DNA of 64,000 bases. It comes from Clostridiales bacterium (GTDB lineage Bacteria > Bacillota > Clostridia > Oscillospirales > CAG-272). The DNA lies in contig JAEEYP010000048.1 in NCBI GenBank assembly GCA_016288155.1, forward strand, positions 1,735 to 65,734, given 5' to 3'. A model generated the notes under the pieces. The model saw nothing but the letters and a program-made list of their open reading frames with translations, was not told the DNA's origin and did not search any database. Shown one piece after another: positions 1-7,709 of the stretch; the stretch's first letter is position 1, and every line of letters begins with the position of its first letter. The translations under genes were made by a program, and so were the position numbers.

Positions 1-146
1 GGCTCGATGCGGGCGTTGTGCCAGCCGTCCTGATCGTTGTACTCCATGATGAACATGTGGTCGGTGAAATACTTGCCGAAGCCGAGCGTGGAAGGTTCCG
101 GTTTTTCCTTTTTCACCGTGGTGGGATGAAAATCGATTTTCAGCAT
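1..146 (-). CDS. ilvE: Branched-chain amino acid aminotransferase, N-terminal 49 codons (gene runs off the window)
   Basis: Reverse-complement translation from ATG at 146..144 gives MLKIDFHPTTVKKEKPEPSTLGFGKYFTDHMFIMEYNDQDGWHNARIEP. The GFGKYFTDHMF block is typical of class IV BCAT N-termini. It lies 11 nt downstream of the OFOR gamma gene on the same strand. Confidence 0.75.
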   Translation of the reverse strand, partial: MLKIDFHPTTVKKEKPEPSTLGFGKYFTDHMFIMEYNDQDGWHNARIE

Positions 147-157
147 GGCGTTTCTCC

Positions 158-694
158 TTATCCTTCGTATTGATAGCCGACGTCGATGGCGCGCCGGTTG
201 AGATCGAGCATTTCCTTGTGGCGGGCGGAGACGACCTTCGCGAGCGCTTCGTCGAGATTATCGTAGGAGATCGCGTCGCATTCGCGGATCAGCTTGCCGA
301 CGATGATCATGTTCGCCAGCGTCGTGATCCCCTCGTCCGCCGCCATCTGCGTGGCGGGGATGCGGAACGCGCGCACGTCGGCGCGGTTGACGCCGCGCTC
401 GATCAGCGTGGAGTCCGCGATGATGATGCCGCCCGGCACGACGGCGCTTTCATAGCGGTCGAGCGAGGGCAGGTTCATGGCGATGAGCACGTCCGGACGG
501 GTGACGATCGGGGAACCGACGGCGGAGTCGGAGACGATGACGGAGCAGGAAGCCGTGCCGCCGCGCATCTCCGGACCGTAGGACGGGAGCCACGAGACCT
601 GACTGCCCTCCATCATCGCCTTGTACGCGAGGAATTTCCCGGAGAACAGGATACCCTGTCCGCCGAAGCCTGTGATGAGGATCTGGGTCGTCAT
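158..694 (-). CDS. 2-oxoacid:ferredoxin oxidoreductase, gamma subunit
   Basis: 178-aa ORF starting MTTQILITGFGGQGILFSGKFLAYKAMMEG, the GGQG motif typical of OFOR gamma subunits. Its start is 1 nt from the beta subunit stop. Confidence 0.85.
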   Translation of the reverse strand: MTTQILITGFGGQGILFSGKFLAYKAMMEGSQVSWLPSYGPEMRGGTASCSVIVSDSAVGSPIVTRPDVLIAMNLPSLDRYESAVVPGGIIIADSTLIERGVNRADVRAFRIPATQMAADEGITTLANMIIVGKLIRECDAISYDNLDEALAKVVSARHKEMLDLNRRAIDVGYQYEG

Positions 695-695
695 C

Positions 696-1442
696 TCACT
701 TCACCTCCGCATATTTGTCTTTGTATACGCCGAGCGGATAGTAGGGGATCATCTTCTCCTCGACCCATGCGAGCGCCTTGTCCGGCGTCATTCCCCAGTT
801 CGTCGGGCAGGTGGAGATCACCTCGATCAGCGAAAAGCCCTTGCCCTCGACCTGATTTTTGAACGCGCGGAGGATCGCCCGCTTCGCGTTCTTCACGTTC
901 TTGACGCTGTTGACGGCGACGCGCTCCAGATACGACGCGCCGTCGAGCTGGGAGAGCATCTCGCACATCTTGATCGGGTAGCCCTGCGTCGCGACGTCGC
1001 GGCCGTAGGGGGAGGTCTGCGTGACCTGACCGGGCAGGGAGGTCGGCGCCATCTGACCGCCGGTCATGCCGTAGATCGCGTTGTTCACGAAGATGATCGT
1101 GATGTTCTCGCCGCGGGCGGCGGAATGGACGGTCTCGCAGGTGCCGATGGAGGCGAGGTCGCCGTCGCCCTGATACGTGAAGACGATCTTCGACGGATCG
1201 GAGCGCTTGACGCCCGTCGCGACGGCGGGGGCGCGTCCGTGCGCCGCCTGCACCATATCGACGGTGAAATAGTTGTACGCCATGACGGAACAGCCGACGG
1301 AGGCGACGCCGATCGTGCGTCCCTCGATGCCGAGCTCGTCGATCGCTTCGGCGACGAGACGGTGGATGATGCCGTGCGTGCAGCCGGGGCAGTAATGCAG
1401 CGGCGCGTCGGTCAGCGATTTCGGTTTTTCAAAGACGATCAT
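696..1442 (-). CDS. 2-oxoacid:ferredoxin oxidoreductase, beta (TPP-binding) subunit
   Basis: Trimmed the track ORF 696..1655 to the ATG at 1442 (MIVFEKPKSLTDAPLHYCPGCTHGIIHRLV...). It carries the CPGC motif and a GDGD TPP-binding region. ATGA overlap with the alpha subunit stop. The upstream extension is Arg/Pro-rich junk. Confidence 0.85.
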   Translation of the reverse strand: MIVFEKPKSLTDAPLHYCPGCTHGIIHRLVAEAIDELGIEGRTIGVASVGCSVMAYNYFTVDMVQAAHGRAPAVATGVKRSDPSKIVFTYQGDGDLASIGTCETVHSAARGENITIIFVNNAIYGMTGGQMAPTSLPGQVTQTSPYGRDVATQGYPIKMCEMLSQLDGASYLERVAVNSVKNVKNAKRAILRAFKNQVEGKGFSLIEVISTCPTNWGMTPDKALAWVEEKMIPYYPLGVYKDKYAEVK

Positions 1443-2503
1443 GCTTTCAGTCCTCCTTGAGCGGTTTCGATGGCGGCAAGGACTTCGTCCGGCGAGGGGA
1501 TCATGCCGCCGGCGCGGTTGACGAGCGTGACGGGGCGGGCGCAGTCCATGGCGAGGCGCACGTCCTCGATCATCTGCCCCATGGAGAGCTCCACGGAAAT
1601 GAAGCGCTTCGCGTGGGACGCGGCGCCGGCGATCACCGCTTTCGGGAACGGCCACAGCGTGATCGGGCGGATCAGTCCGACGCGGATGCCCTTCTCGCGG
1701 GCGGCGAGGATCGCGTTCTTGGAGACGCGCGCCGCGATGCCGAACGCCACGACGACGATGTCCGCGTCCTCCGTCATGAAGGATTCGGCGGCCGCCTCGT
1801 TCTCCTCGACGGTGCGGTAGCGCTCGTAGCGGGCGAAGTTCGTCCTCTCCAGATCCTCGGGGACGAGGTAGAGGGAATTGACGATATTGTGCGGGCGCTT
1901 GCCGTCCGTGCCGGTCAGCGCCCAGGGCTTTTCATAGACGACCGGTTCCGGCGCCTCGAGGACGACCGGCTCCATCATCTGCCCCATCGTGCCGTCGGCG
2001 AGGATCATCGACGTCATGCGGTATTTGTCCGCCAGATCGAAGCCCTTCATCGTCAGCGCCGCCATTTCCTGAACGGAGGCGGGCGCGAGCACGATCATAT
2101 GGAAATCGCCGTGCCCGGAGCCGCGCGTCGCCTGGAAATAGTCGGACTGCGACGGCTGGATGCCGCCGAGACCGGGACCGCCGCGCTCCACGTTGACGAC
2201 GAGCGCCGGAAGATCACAGCCGGCGAGATAGGAAAGCCCCTCGCATTTGAGGGAGATCCCGGGACTGGAGGAGGAGGTCATGGCGCGCTTGCCGGTGGAC
2301 GCGACGCCGATGACCATGTTGATCGCGGCGAGCTCGCTCTCCGCCTGCAGGAACGTGCCGCCGATCTTCGGCATGCGCTTCGCCATATAGGCGGCGACTT
2401 CCGTCTGCGGGGTGATCGGATATCCGAAATAGTGGCGGCAGCCGGCGAGGATGGCGGCCTCCGCGATGGCTTCGTTGCCTTTCATCAGAACCTTTTCAGC
2501 CAT
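1439..2503 (-). CDS. 2-oxoacid:ferredoxin oxidoreductase, alpha subunit (VorB/KorA-like)
   Basis: Trimmed the track ORF to the ATG at 2503 (MAEKVLMKGNEAIAEAAILAGCRHYFGYPITPQTE...), the canonical OFOR alpha N-terminus. A GGAG-type RBS (aaaggagcg) lies upstream on the coding strand. Confidence 0.85.
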   Translation of the reverse strand: MAEKVLMKGNEAIAEAAILAGCRHYFGYPITPQTEVAAYMAKRMPKIGGTFLQAESELAAINMVIGVASTGKRAMTSSSSPGISLKCEGLSYLAGCDLPALVVNVERGGPGLGGIQPSQSDYFQATRGSGHGDFHMIVLAPASVQEMAALTMKGFDLADKYRMTSMILADGTMGQMMEPVVLEAPEPVVYEKPWALTGTDGKRPHNIVNSLYLVPEDLERTNFARYERYRTVEENEAAAESFMTEDADIVVVAFGIAARVSKNAILAAREKGIRVGLIRPITLWPFPKAVIAGAASHAKRFISVELSMGQMIEDVRLAMDCARPVTLVNRAGGMIPSPDEVLAAIETAQGGLKA

Positions 2504-2520
2504 TTTTTTCGCTCCTTTCC

Positions 2521-2727
2521 TTATTTTTCGACCGTGATGATGCAGTCTGGACACATCGTGGCGCAGAACGCGCAGCCGATGCACCCTGACTGGTCGGCGA
2601 CCTCTACGGGATGGTGTCCCTTTTTGTTGATCTTATCCGCGGCGAGGACGAGGACCTTCTTCGGGCAGGCGGAGACGCACAGCCCGCAGCCCTTGCAGAG
2701 ATCGGTCTGGAATGTCAGTTTCGGCAT
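2521..2727 (-). CDS. 4Fe-4S ferredoxin-type delta subunit of OFOR
   Basis: 68 aa with two CxxCxxCxxxCP motifs (CKGCGLCVSACP and CIGCAFCATMCP). Confidence 0.85.
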   Translation of the reverse strand: MPKLTFQTDLCKGCGLCVSACPKKVLVLAADKINKKGHHPVEVADQSGCIGCAFCATMCPDCIITVEK

Positions 2728-2748
2728 GGTTTCATCTCCTTTTTGGGG

Positions 2749-3435
2749 TTATTTCCAGGTGTATTTATGCTCCAGAACGATCGGGAACAGCGGCCCGACC
2801 GATCCGGCGAGCGCGGGGGCGAGGTCTTCTCTGACCGCGGTCATGCGGACGGGAAGACCGCTCTCGCGCGAGAGCGCTTCGGCGAAGGGAAGGGAAGCGA
2901 GGACGTCCTCCGCGGTCGTCTCCTCCCCGAGGTTCGTGTTGTTGACGATCCCGGTGGCGCGGATGCCGCCCGCCGCTTCGATCTCCCGCAACACGGCGAG
3001 CGCGTCGGGAACGGTCCGTGTCAGAGGACGGAAACGGTTGACGACGAAGAGCATCTCGTACCGTCCCTCGGCGAGGATGGCGGGCGCGTAGCGGCCGAGC
3101 GCGAGCGCGCCGCGGTCGTCACCGCCGATGTCGAGCACGGCGTAGGCGTCCGTGTCGTCCGTCACGGCGTACATTTCCGTCGGCAGCGCGGGAAAGTCGA
3201 CGTTCGTGTTCGCGTAGGCGGAGGAGATGAGGCGCACCCCCGCCGCGTCGAGGCGCGCGGCGCTGTCCTTGGTGCGGAAATACGGGTTCACGATGTCGAG
3301 GTCGGCGATGTTCACCCGGTATCCGAGCGACCGGATCCACAGCGCGTAATTCACGGCGATGTTCGTTTTGCCGCTGCCGTAATGCCCGCAGAAGAGCGTC
3401 ACGCGGCGGGGCGGCGCAAGCGCGGCGTCGTTCAC
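2749..3435 (-). CDS. P-loop NTPase (SIMIBI/MinD-Mrp-CooC-like), function unknown
   Basis: 228 aa. Walker A is GHYGSGKTN, followed by DLDIVNPYFR and a DIGGDDRG Walker-B-like block. It sits between the acyl-CoA synthetase and the OFOR genes with 14- and 21-nt gaps. Confidence 0.7.
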   Translation of the reverse strand: MNDAALAPPRRVTLFCGHYGSGKTNIAVNYALWIRSLGYRVNIADLDIVNPYFRTKDSAARLDAAGVRLISSAYANTNVDFPALPTEMYAVTDDTDAYAVLDIGGDDRGALALGRYAPAILAEGRYEMLFVVNRFRPLTRTVPDALAVLREIEAAGGIRATGIVNNTNLGEETTAEDVLASLPFAEALSRESGLPVRMTAVREDLAPALAGSVGPLFPIVLEHKYTWK

Positions 3436-3449
3436 GGCGGCGCCTCCCG

Positions 3450-5747
3450 TCAGAGCTTGGAGCGGATGATCTTGCCGCTCGTGGTCTTCGGAAGCTCGTC
3501 GCGGAACTCGACGATGCGCGGATATTTATAGGGCGCCGTGTGCGCCTTGACGTAATTCTGGATCTCCTTCTTCAGCTCGTCCGTGCCGACGGTGCCGCGC
3601 GTGAGCACGACGCTCGCCTTGACGATCTGTCCCCGGATCTCGTCCGGGACGGCGGAAACGCCGCATTCGAGGACGTACGGCAGTTCCATGATGACGGATT
3701 CGATTTCGAACGGTCCGATGCGGTAGCCGGACGACTTGATGACGTCGTCGATGCGGCTGACGTACCAGTAGAAGCCGTCCTCGTCGCGCCACGCGAGGTC
3801 GCAGGTGTGATAGTATCCGTCGTGCCAAACCTCGGCGGTCTTTTCCGGATCGTTCCAGTATCCGGTGAAGAGTCCGCAGGGCGCGCCCTCCGCGACGCGG
3901 ATGCAGATCTCGCCGGTCTCGCCGTCGCCGACCTCGTTCCCGTCGCCGTCGAGCAGACGGACGTCGTAGATCGGGCAGACACGTCCCATCGAGCCGATCT
4001 TGTGCGGCGCGCCGGAGAGGTTGCCGAGGATGCACGTCGTTTCCGTTTGACCGAAGCCTTCCATGATCGGGAGCCCCGTCGCCGCCATGAACTGCCGGTA
4101 TACCTCCGGGTTGAGCGCCTCGCCGGCCGTGGAGGCGTGGCGGAGCGTGGAGTAAGAATAGCGGGAGAGATCTTCTTTTATGAGCATGCGGTACATCGTC
4201 GGCGGCGCGCAGAAGGTCGTGATGCCGTATTCCTCAAAGAGCGGCAAAATCTGCGCGGCGTCGAAACGGTCGAAGTCGTACACGAAGGTCGCGCCCTCGC
4301 ACAGCCACTGACCGTACAGCTTGCCCCACATCGCCTTCGCCCAGCCGGTGTCGGAGATCGTGAAGTGCAGTCCGTCCGTCTGGACGCAGTGCCAGTATTT
4401 CGCGGTATGGAAATGCCCGAGCGGGTACTTGTGGCTGTGCAGCGCCATCTTCGGGTATCCGGTCGTGCCGGAGGTGAAGAAGGCGAGGAGCGGATCGTCC
4501 CCGCCGGGGGCGTCCGGCGTGCGGAGATAGTGGCTCGAATACATCGTGTACTCCTCGTCGAAGGAGCGCCAGCCGTCGCGCTTGCCGTTGACGAGGATGC
4601 GGATCGGCGATATGCCGGAGGCTTCCTCCGCGAGCTCGACCTGATGCGCGCAGTCGCCGTCGGCGGTGCAGATCACCGCCTTGACCTCCGCGAGGCGGAA
4701 GCGGTACTCAAGGTCGTGCGCGAGGAGCTGGTTCGTGCCGGGGATGGCGATGGCGCCGAGCTTGTTGAGCCCGAGCATCGCCGGCCAGAACTGCCAGTGC
4801 CGCTTGAGGATCATCATGACGCGGTCGCCGCGCCCGATGCCGATGGATTTGAAGTAGTTCGCGCAGCGCGCGGACTCGTGCGCCATGTCGTAGAAGGTGA
4901 AGCGGCGGCACTCCGTCTTGTCGCCGGAGAGCCAGACCATCGCGAGCTTGTCCGGCTTCTCGGCGGAGAGCGCGTCCACGAGGTCGAAGGCGAAATTGAA
5001 GTGCTCGATATCGTGGAAACGGATCGAGAGCGGCGTGCCGTTCTCGTCTTCCTCGGTATCGATGAAGCGGCGGTACACGCGCTCGGTGGTATCCGCCGGA
5101 GCGGGGGCGACGGCGGGAGACGGCGTTGCGGCGATGGCGAATTCGGGGATCTCCGCCCCGGAGGGATTGAGTACGATGGCGTAGAAATGGCAGTCCTGCC
5201 CGTCGAGGGCGATCATGCCGTGGGGCGTCGAGGAATCGTAATAGATGGAGTCCCCTTCGTGCAGGATCTCCTTGTGTTCGCCGACCTGCACCTTCAGCGT
5301 ACCGCTGATGACGATGTCGCATTCCTGTCCTTCGTGCGTCGTCATCTCGATGTCGCGGTGCAGCGCCTCTTCCATGAAGCGCAGCCGCACGCACAGCGGT
5401 TCCGCGATGCGGTTCTTGAACGCGGCGGCGAGGTTATGGTACACCATGCCGTGCGCTTCCTTGATCTCCTGACCGCCGCCGCGGCGGGTGACCGTGTAGG
5501 AGGCGAGCGTCGGGGATTTTCCTTCGATGATATCCGTGACGTCCACGTTGAAGGCGAGCGCGCAGCGGTAGATGAAGGCGAAGGGAAGATCGGACAGCCC
5601 GTTCTCGCAGGCGGTGTACTCCTCCTCGGAGACGTCCGTCTTCTGCGCCATCTCCGCGCAGGTATATCCCTCGATCTCGCGCAGCTCGCGGATGCGCCCC
5701 GCCATTTCGGCGATCTTCACGTCCAGACCGGTGATCGGTTTTGCCAT
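3450..5747 (-). CDS. Three-domain fusion: XRE-family HTH + cupin + ACSM/MACS-type medium-chain acyl-CoA synthetase (AMP-forming)
   Basis: 765 aa.
- N-terminus IRELREIEGYTCAEMAQKTDVSEEEYTACENG is HTH_3-like.
- The block HEGQECDIVISGTLKVQVGEHKEILHEGDSIYYDSSTPHG is cupin-like.
- The C-terminal ~540 aa carry the adenylate-forming motifs FTSGTTGYPKM, GFGQTET, SGYRIGPFEIES and PKTTSGKIIR.
- RBS ggagg lies 5 nt upstream of the ATG. Confidence 0.85.
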   Translation of the reverse strand: MAKPITGLDVKIAEMAGRIRELREIEGYTCAEMAQKTDVSEEEYTACENGLSDLPFAFIYRCALAFNVDVTDIIEGKSPTLASYTVTRRGGGQEIKEAHGMVYHNLAAAFKNRIAEPLCVRLRFMEEALHRDIEMTTHEGQECDIVISGTLKVQVGEHKEILHEGDSIYYDSSTPHGMIALDGQDCHFYAIVLNPSGAEIPEFAIAATPSPAVAPAPADTTERVYRRFIDTEEDENGTPLSIRFHDIEHFNFAFDLVDALSAEKPDKLAMVWLSGDKTECRRFTFYDMAHESARCANYFKSIGIGRGDRVMMILKRHWQFWPAMLGLNKLGAIAIPGTNQLLAHDLEYRFRLAEVKAVICTADGDCAHQVELAEEASGISPIRILVNGKRDGWRSFDEEYTMYSSHYLRTPDAPGGDDPLLAFFTSGTTGYPKMALHSHKYPLGHFHTAKYWHCVQTDGLHFTISDTGWAKAMWGKLYGQWLCEGATFVYDFDRFDAAQILPLFEEYGITTFCAPPTMYRMLIKEDLSRYSYSTLRHASTAGEALNPEVYRQFMAATGLPIMEGFGQTETTCILGNLSGAPHKIGSMGRVCPIYDVRLLDGDGNEVGDGETGEICIRVAEGAPCGLFTGYWNDPEKTAEVWHDGYYHTCDLAWRDEDGFYWYVSRIDDVIKSSGYRIGPFEIESVIMELPYVLECGVSAVPDEIRGQIVKASVVLTRGTVGTDELKKEIQNYVKAHTAPYKYPRIVEFRDELPKTTSGKIIRSKL

Positions 5748-5777
5748 GACATCCTCCAGTATTCGGGAAGGGAAATG

Positions 5778-6050
5778 AAAAACGCCCGTCCCAAAGATGG
5801 TTACGATCCTTGAGACGAGCGATAAACGTCACCCGCGGTACCACTCAAGTTGCGCCGATCCGGCGCCGCTCATCAGGCTCGATACAAGCCCTGTGCCTTC
5901 ACGCAGCATTCACGGGGAAGTTCTACTTGCTCACGCTTTCTTCTTCCCGGCTCAGAAGCTACAAACGGGAAAACGCTTTCATCGGCTCGCACCGCCCGCC
6001 GACTCTCTGCGGAAAGGATGTTTTCCGTCCTCTTCGTCGTCGCTTTTATT
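5778..6050 (-). promoter_or_regulatory. T-box leader (tRNA-sensing transcription attenuator), leader 1
   Basis: Read on the minus strand:
- K-turn GC-GAC-GA-C-GAAG paired with CUUC-U-GA-GC
- AGAGAG bulge
- distal loop GGGCGGUGCGA
- T-box AACUUGAGUGGUACCGCGGGU (plus coordinates 5831..5853)
- terminator hairpin CGUCUCAAGGAUCG..CAUCUUUGGGACG followed by UUUUU (5778..5817). Confidence 0.9.
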
Positions 6051-6057
6051 AACTGGG

Positions 6058-6086
6058 ATTATACCACATTCTCTCCCGCCCGTCAA
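6058..6086 (-). promoter_or_regulatory. Sigma-A type promoter for T-box leader 1
   Basis: On the minus strand: TTGACG (6086..6081), a 17-nt spacer, then TATAAT (6063..6058). Confidence 0.7.
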
Positions 6087-6112
6087 TAGGCTTGCAAAAA
6101 AAAACGCATATT

Positions 6113-6159
6113 CCCGCAAAAAAAACCGGGAAGAGAGCGGGAGACCGTTCTCTTCCCGG
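6113..6159 (-). terminator. Intrinsic terminator of the serine-hydrolase gene
   Basis: Minus-strand hairpin CCGGGAAGAGAACGGUCUCCCGCUCUCUUCCGG followed by a U8 run. Confidence 0.8.
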
Positions 6160-6169
6160 ACCGTGCCGG

Positions 6170-7660
6170 TCACTCTCTGTTCGCGTCCGCCATGCCGCGG
6201 TATTCGTCGAGGAAGTCCTCGGCGGTCTTTTCCATGACGAGCGTGACGTTCCGCCCGTCCTCGCCGAAGGAGAAGACGGCGTACATATTGCCGAAGTACC
6301 GATCGATGATCTGTACCTTGATCCCGAATTTCCGCTCTTCTTTCCATGCGGCGCTGACGGCGCAGCGGTACATAAACCCGTTCGTCGTGCGCACGCCGCC
6401 CGCCTCGTCGGAGTAGCCGAGCTGCGGGAAGCGGCAGAGCACGTTGTCTCCGATGGTGAACGGCAGCGTCTTCTCGCCCTGCGCGTTCTCCCAATAGAAC
6501 TCGCCGCTCTGTCCGTCCGGCGAGAAACGCAGGGCGAAGCGGCGGATGCCCATGCTGTTATCGCCGCAGCGGTAGTACCGGCCGTCGATGACGGAGCGGA
6601 ACGGGCTGTCCGCGCGGCCGGGGATCGAGAAGAGCTTCAGCTTGTCCGTCTCTTCGAGCAGCGCGCGGTGCGCCGCTTCGTTCTCCGGGAGCGGCTCGCC
6701 GCCCATGCGGTCCACGAGGAACTCGTTCATGCCGGCGACGAAGAGATCGATGTTGCTTTCCTGTCCCTGGTTGTCGCCGGTGCAGATGCAGATGAGATCC
6801 TTTTCCGGGATGCAGTAGGTCGACTGCCCGCCCATGCCGGAGAACCAGAAGCCGTTGTCCAGCATCCAGATCTGATAGCCGTAACCGACGGAACGGCAGG
6901 TGATGAAGCCGTTCGAGCAGTTGTCGACCTGCGGGGAGGTCGCGTCGCGCACGTACTGCTCCGGGATCAGCTGCTCGCCCTTCCAGCGTCCGCCGTTCAT
7001 GAGCAGCCGGGCGAAGGAGGCGATGTCGCGCGTCGTGCAGACCATGGCGGAATCGCCCCAGGACTCGCCGTTCGGCGTTTTGAGGATCTCGGCGTTTCGG
7101 AAGGTGCCGATCCGGTCGAAGAGCTTTTTCTTTAAATAATCGAGCAGCCGCATCCCGGTCAGCTTCTCGACGAGGACGCCGAGTGTCTGCGAGCCGGCGG
7201 AATCGTACTGGAAGATGCGCCCGCCCGGCATGCCGCGCTGACCGTTGCCGTTGAGATAGTAATGCACGCGGTCCGGATCGCCGCTCGTGAACCAGCGGCC
7301 CAGCGGCTGGACGGTCGTCTCCATCGTCAGCATGTTGCGGATCGTCTGTTTCTTGAGCGCTTCGGGGAGCTCCGTGTCGATCCGCTCCGGGAAGTACTTG
7401 ACGATGGGATCGTTTATGGAGATCTTTCCCTCCGCCTCGAGCAGACCGATGGCGATGGCGACGAAGCTCTTCGTCTGGGAATACATCCGGTGCACGTCGT
7501 CCGTGCCGAACGGCTTCCAGCGGAATTCACCGAAGATCTCCTCTCCTTTCATGAGAAGAAGATTGTGCATGACGACGCCGTTGCGCTCGAGGAACCGCAC
7601 GAAACCGAGTACGTCCTGCGAGCGGATGCCGGCTTTCTCCGGGGTGATTTTCTCAAACAT
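6170..7660 (-). CDS. Serine hydrolase, beta-lactamase/transpeptidase-like fold (class C-like, cytoplasmic)
   Basis: 496 aa. It has an SxxK motif (YSQTKSF) in the typical N-terminal position and no signal peptide. Confidence 0.7.
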   Translation of the reverse strand: MFEKITPEKAGIRSQDVLGFVRFLERNGVVMHNLLLMKGEEIFGEFRWKPFGTDDVHRMYSQTKSFVAIAIGLLEAEGKISINDPIVKYFPERIDTELPEALKKQTIRNMLTMETTVQPLGRWFTSGDPDRVHYYLNGNGQRGMPGGRIFQYDSAGSQTLGVLVEKLTGMRLLDYLKKKLFDRIGTFRNAEILKTPNGESWGDSAMVCTTRDIASFARLLMNGGRWKGEQLIPEQYVRDATSPQVDNCSNGFITCRSVGYGYQIWMLDNGFWFSGMGGQSTYCIPEKDLICICTGDNQGQESNIDLFVAGMNEFLVDRMGGEPLPENEAAHRALLEETDKLKLFSIPGRADSPFRSVIDGRYYRCGDNSMGIRRFALRFSPDGQSGEFYWENAQGEKTLPFTIGDNVLCRFPQLGYSDEAGGVRTTNGFMYRCAVSAAWKEERKFGIKVQIIDRYFGNMYAVFSFGEDGRNVTLVMEKTAEDFLDEYRGMADANRE

Positions 7661-7709
7661 CGGGAGTTCTCCTTTATATAGAATTAACGGGATTCGGACG
7701 GAACGCCGC

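Noticed and set aside
696-1655. N-terminal extensions in the ORF track, for example 696..1655, 1439..2584, 7710..9215, 9314..11509, 29390..30400, 36033..36884, 36434..37165, 37024..40575, 45025..46071 and 55917..57521
   Set aside because: The extensions are Arg/Pro/Gly-rich, overlap the upstream gene, and lack an RBS. Internal starts with a good RBS coincide with the conserved family N-termini, so the shorter coordinates were used.
5955-5967. UGU (Cys) as the specifier of T-box leader 1
   Set aside because: It is positionally possible (UGU-A). However, the antiterminator bulge is UGGU, which pairs with an A73 discriminator, and bacterial tRNA-Cys normally has U73. A Cys output also does not fit the OFOR/BCAT gene content.
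6087-6125. A shared operator motif upstream of both T-box promoters
   Set aside because: The GAATCTGCAAA direct repeat at 12525..12557 has no clear counterpart upstream of the leader-1 promoter. Only T-runs followed by TTTGC occur there, in a different orientation.
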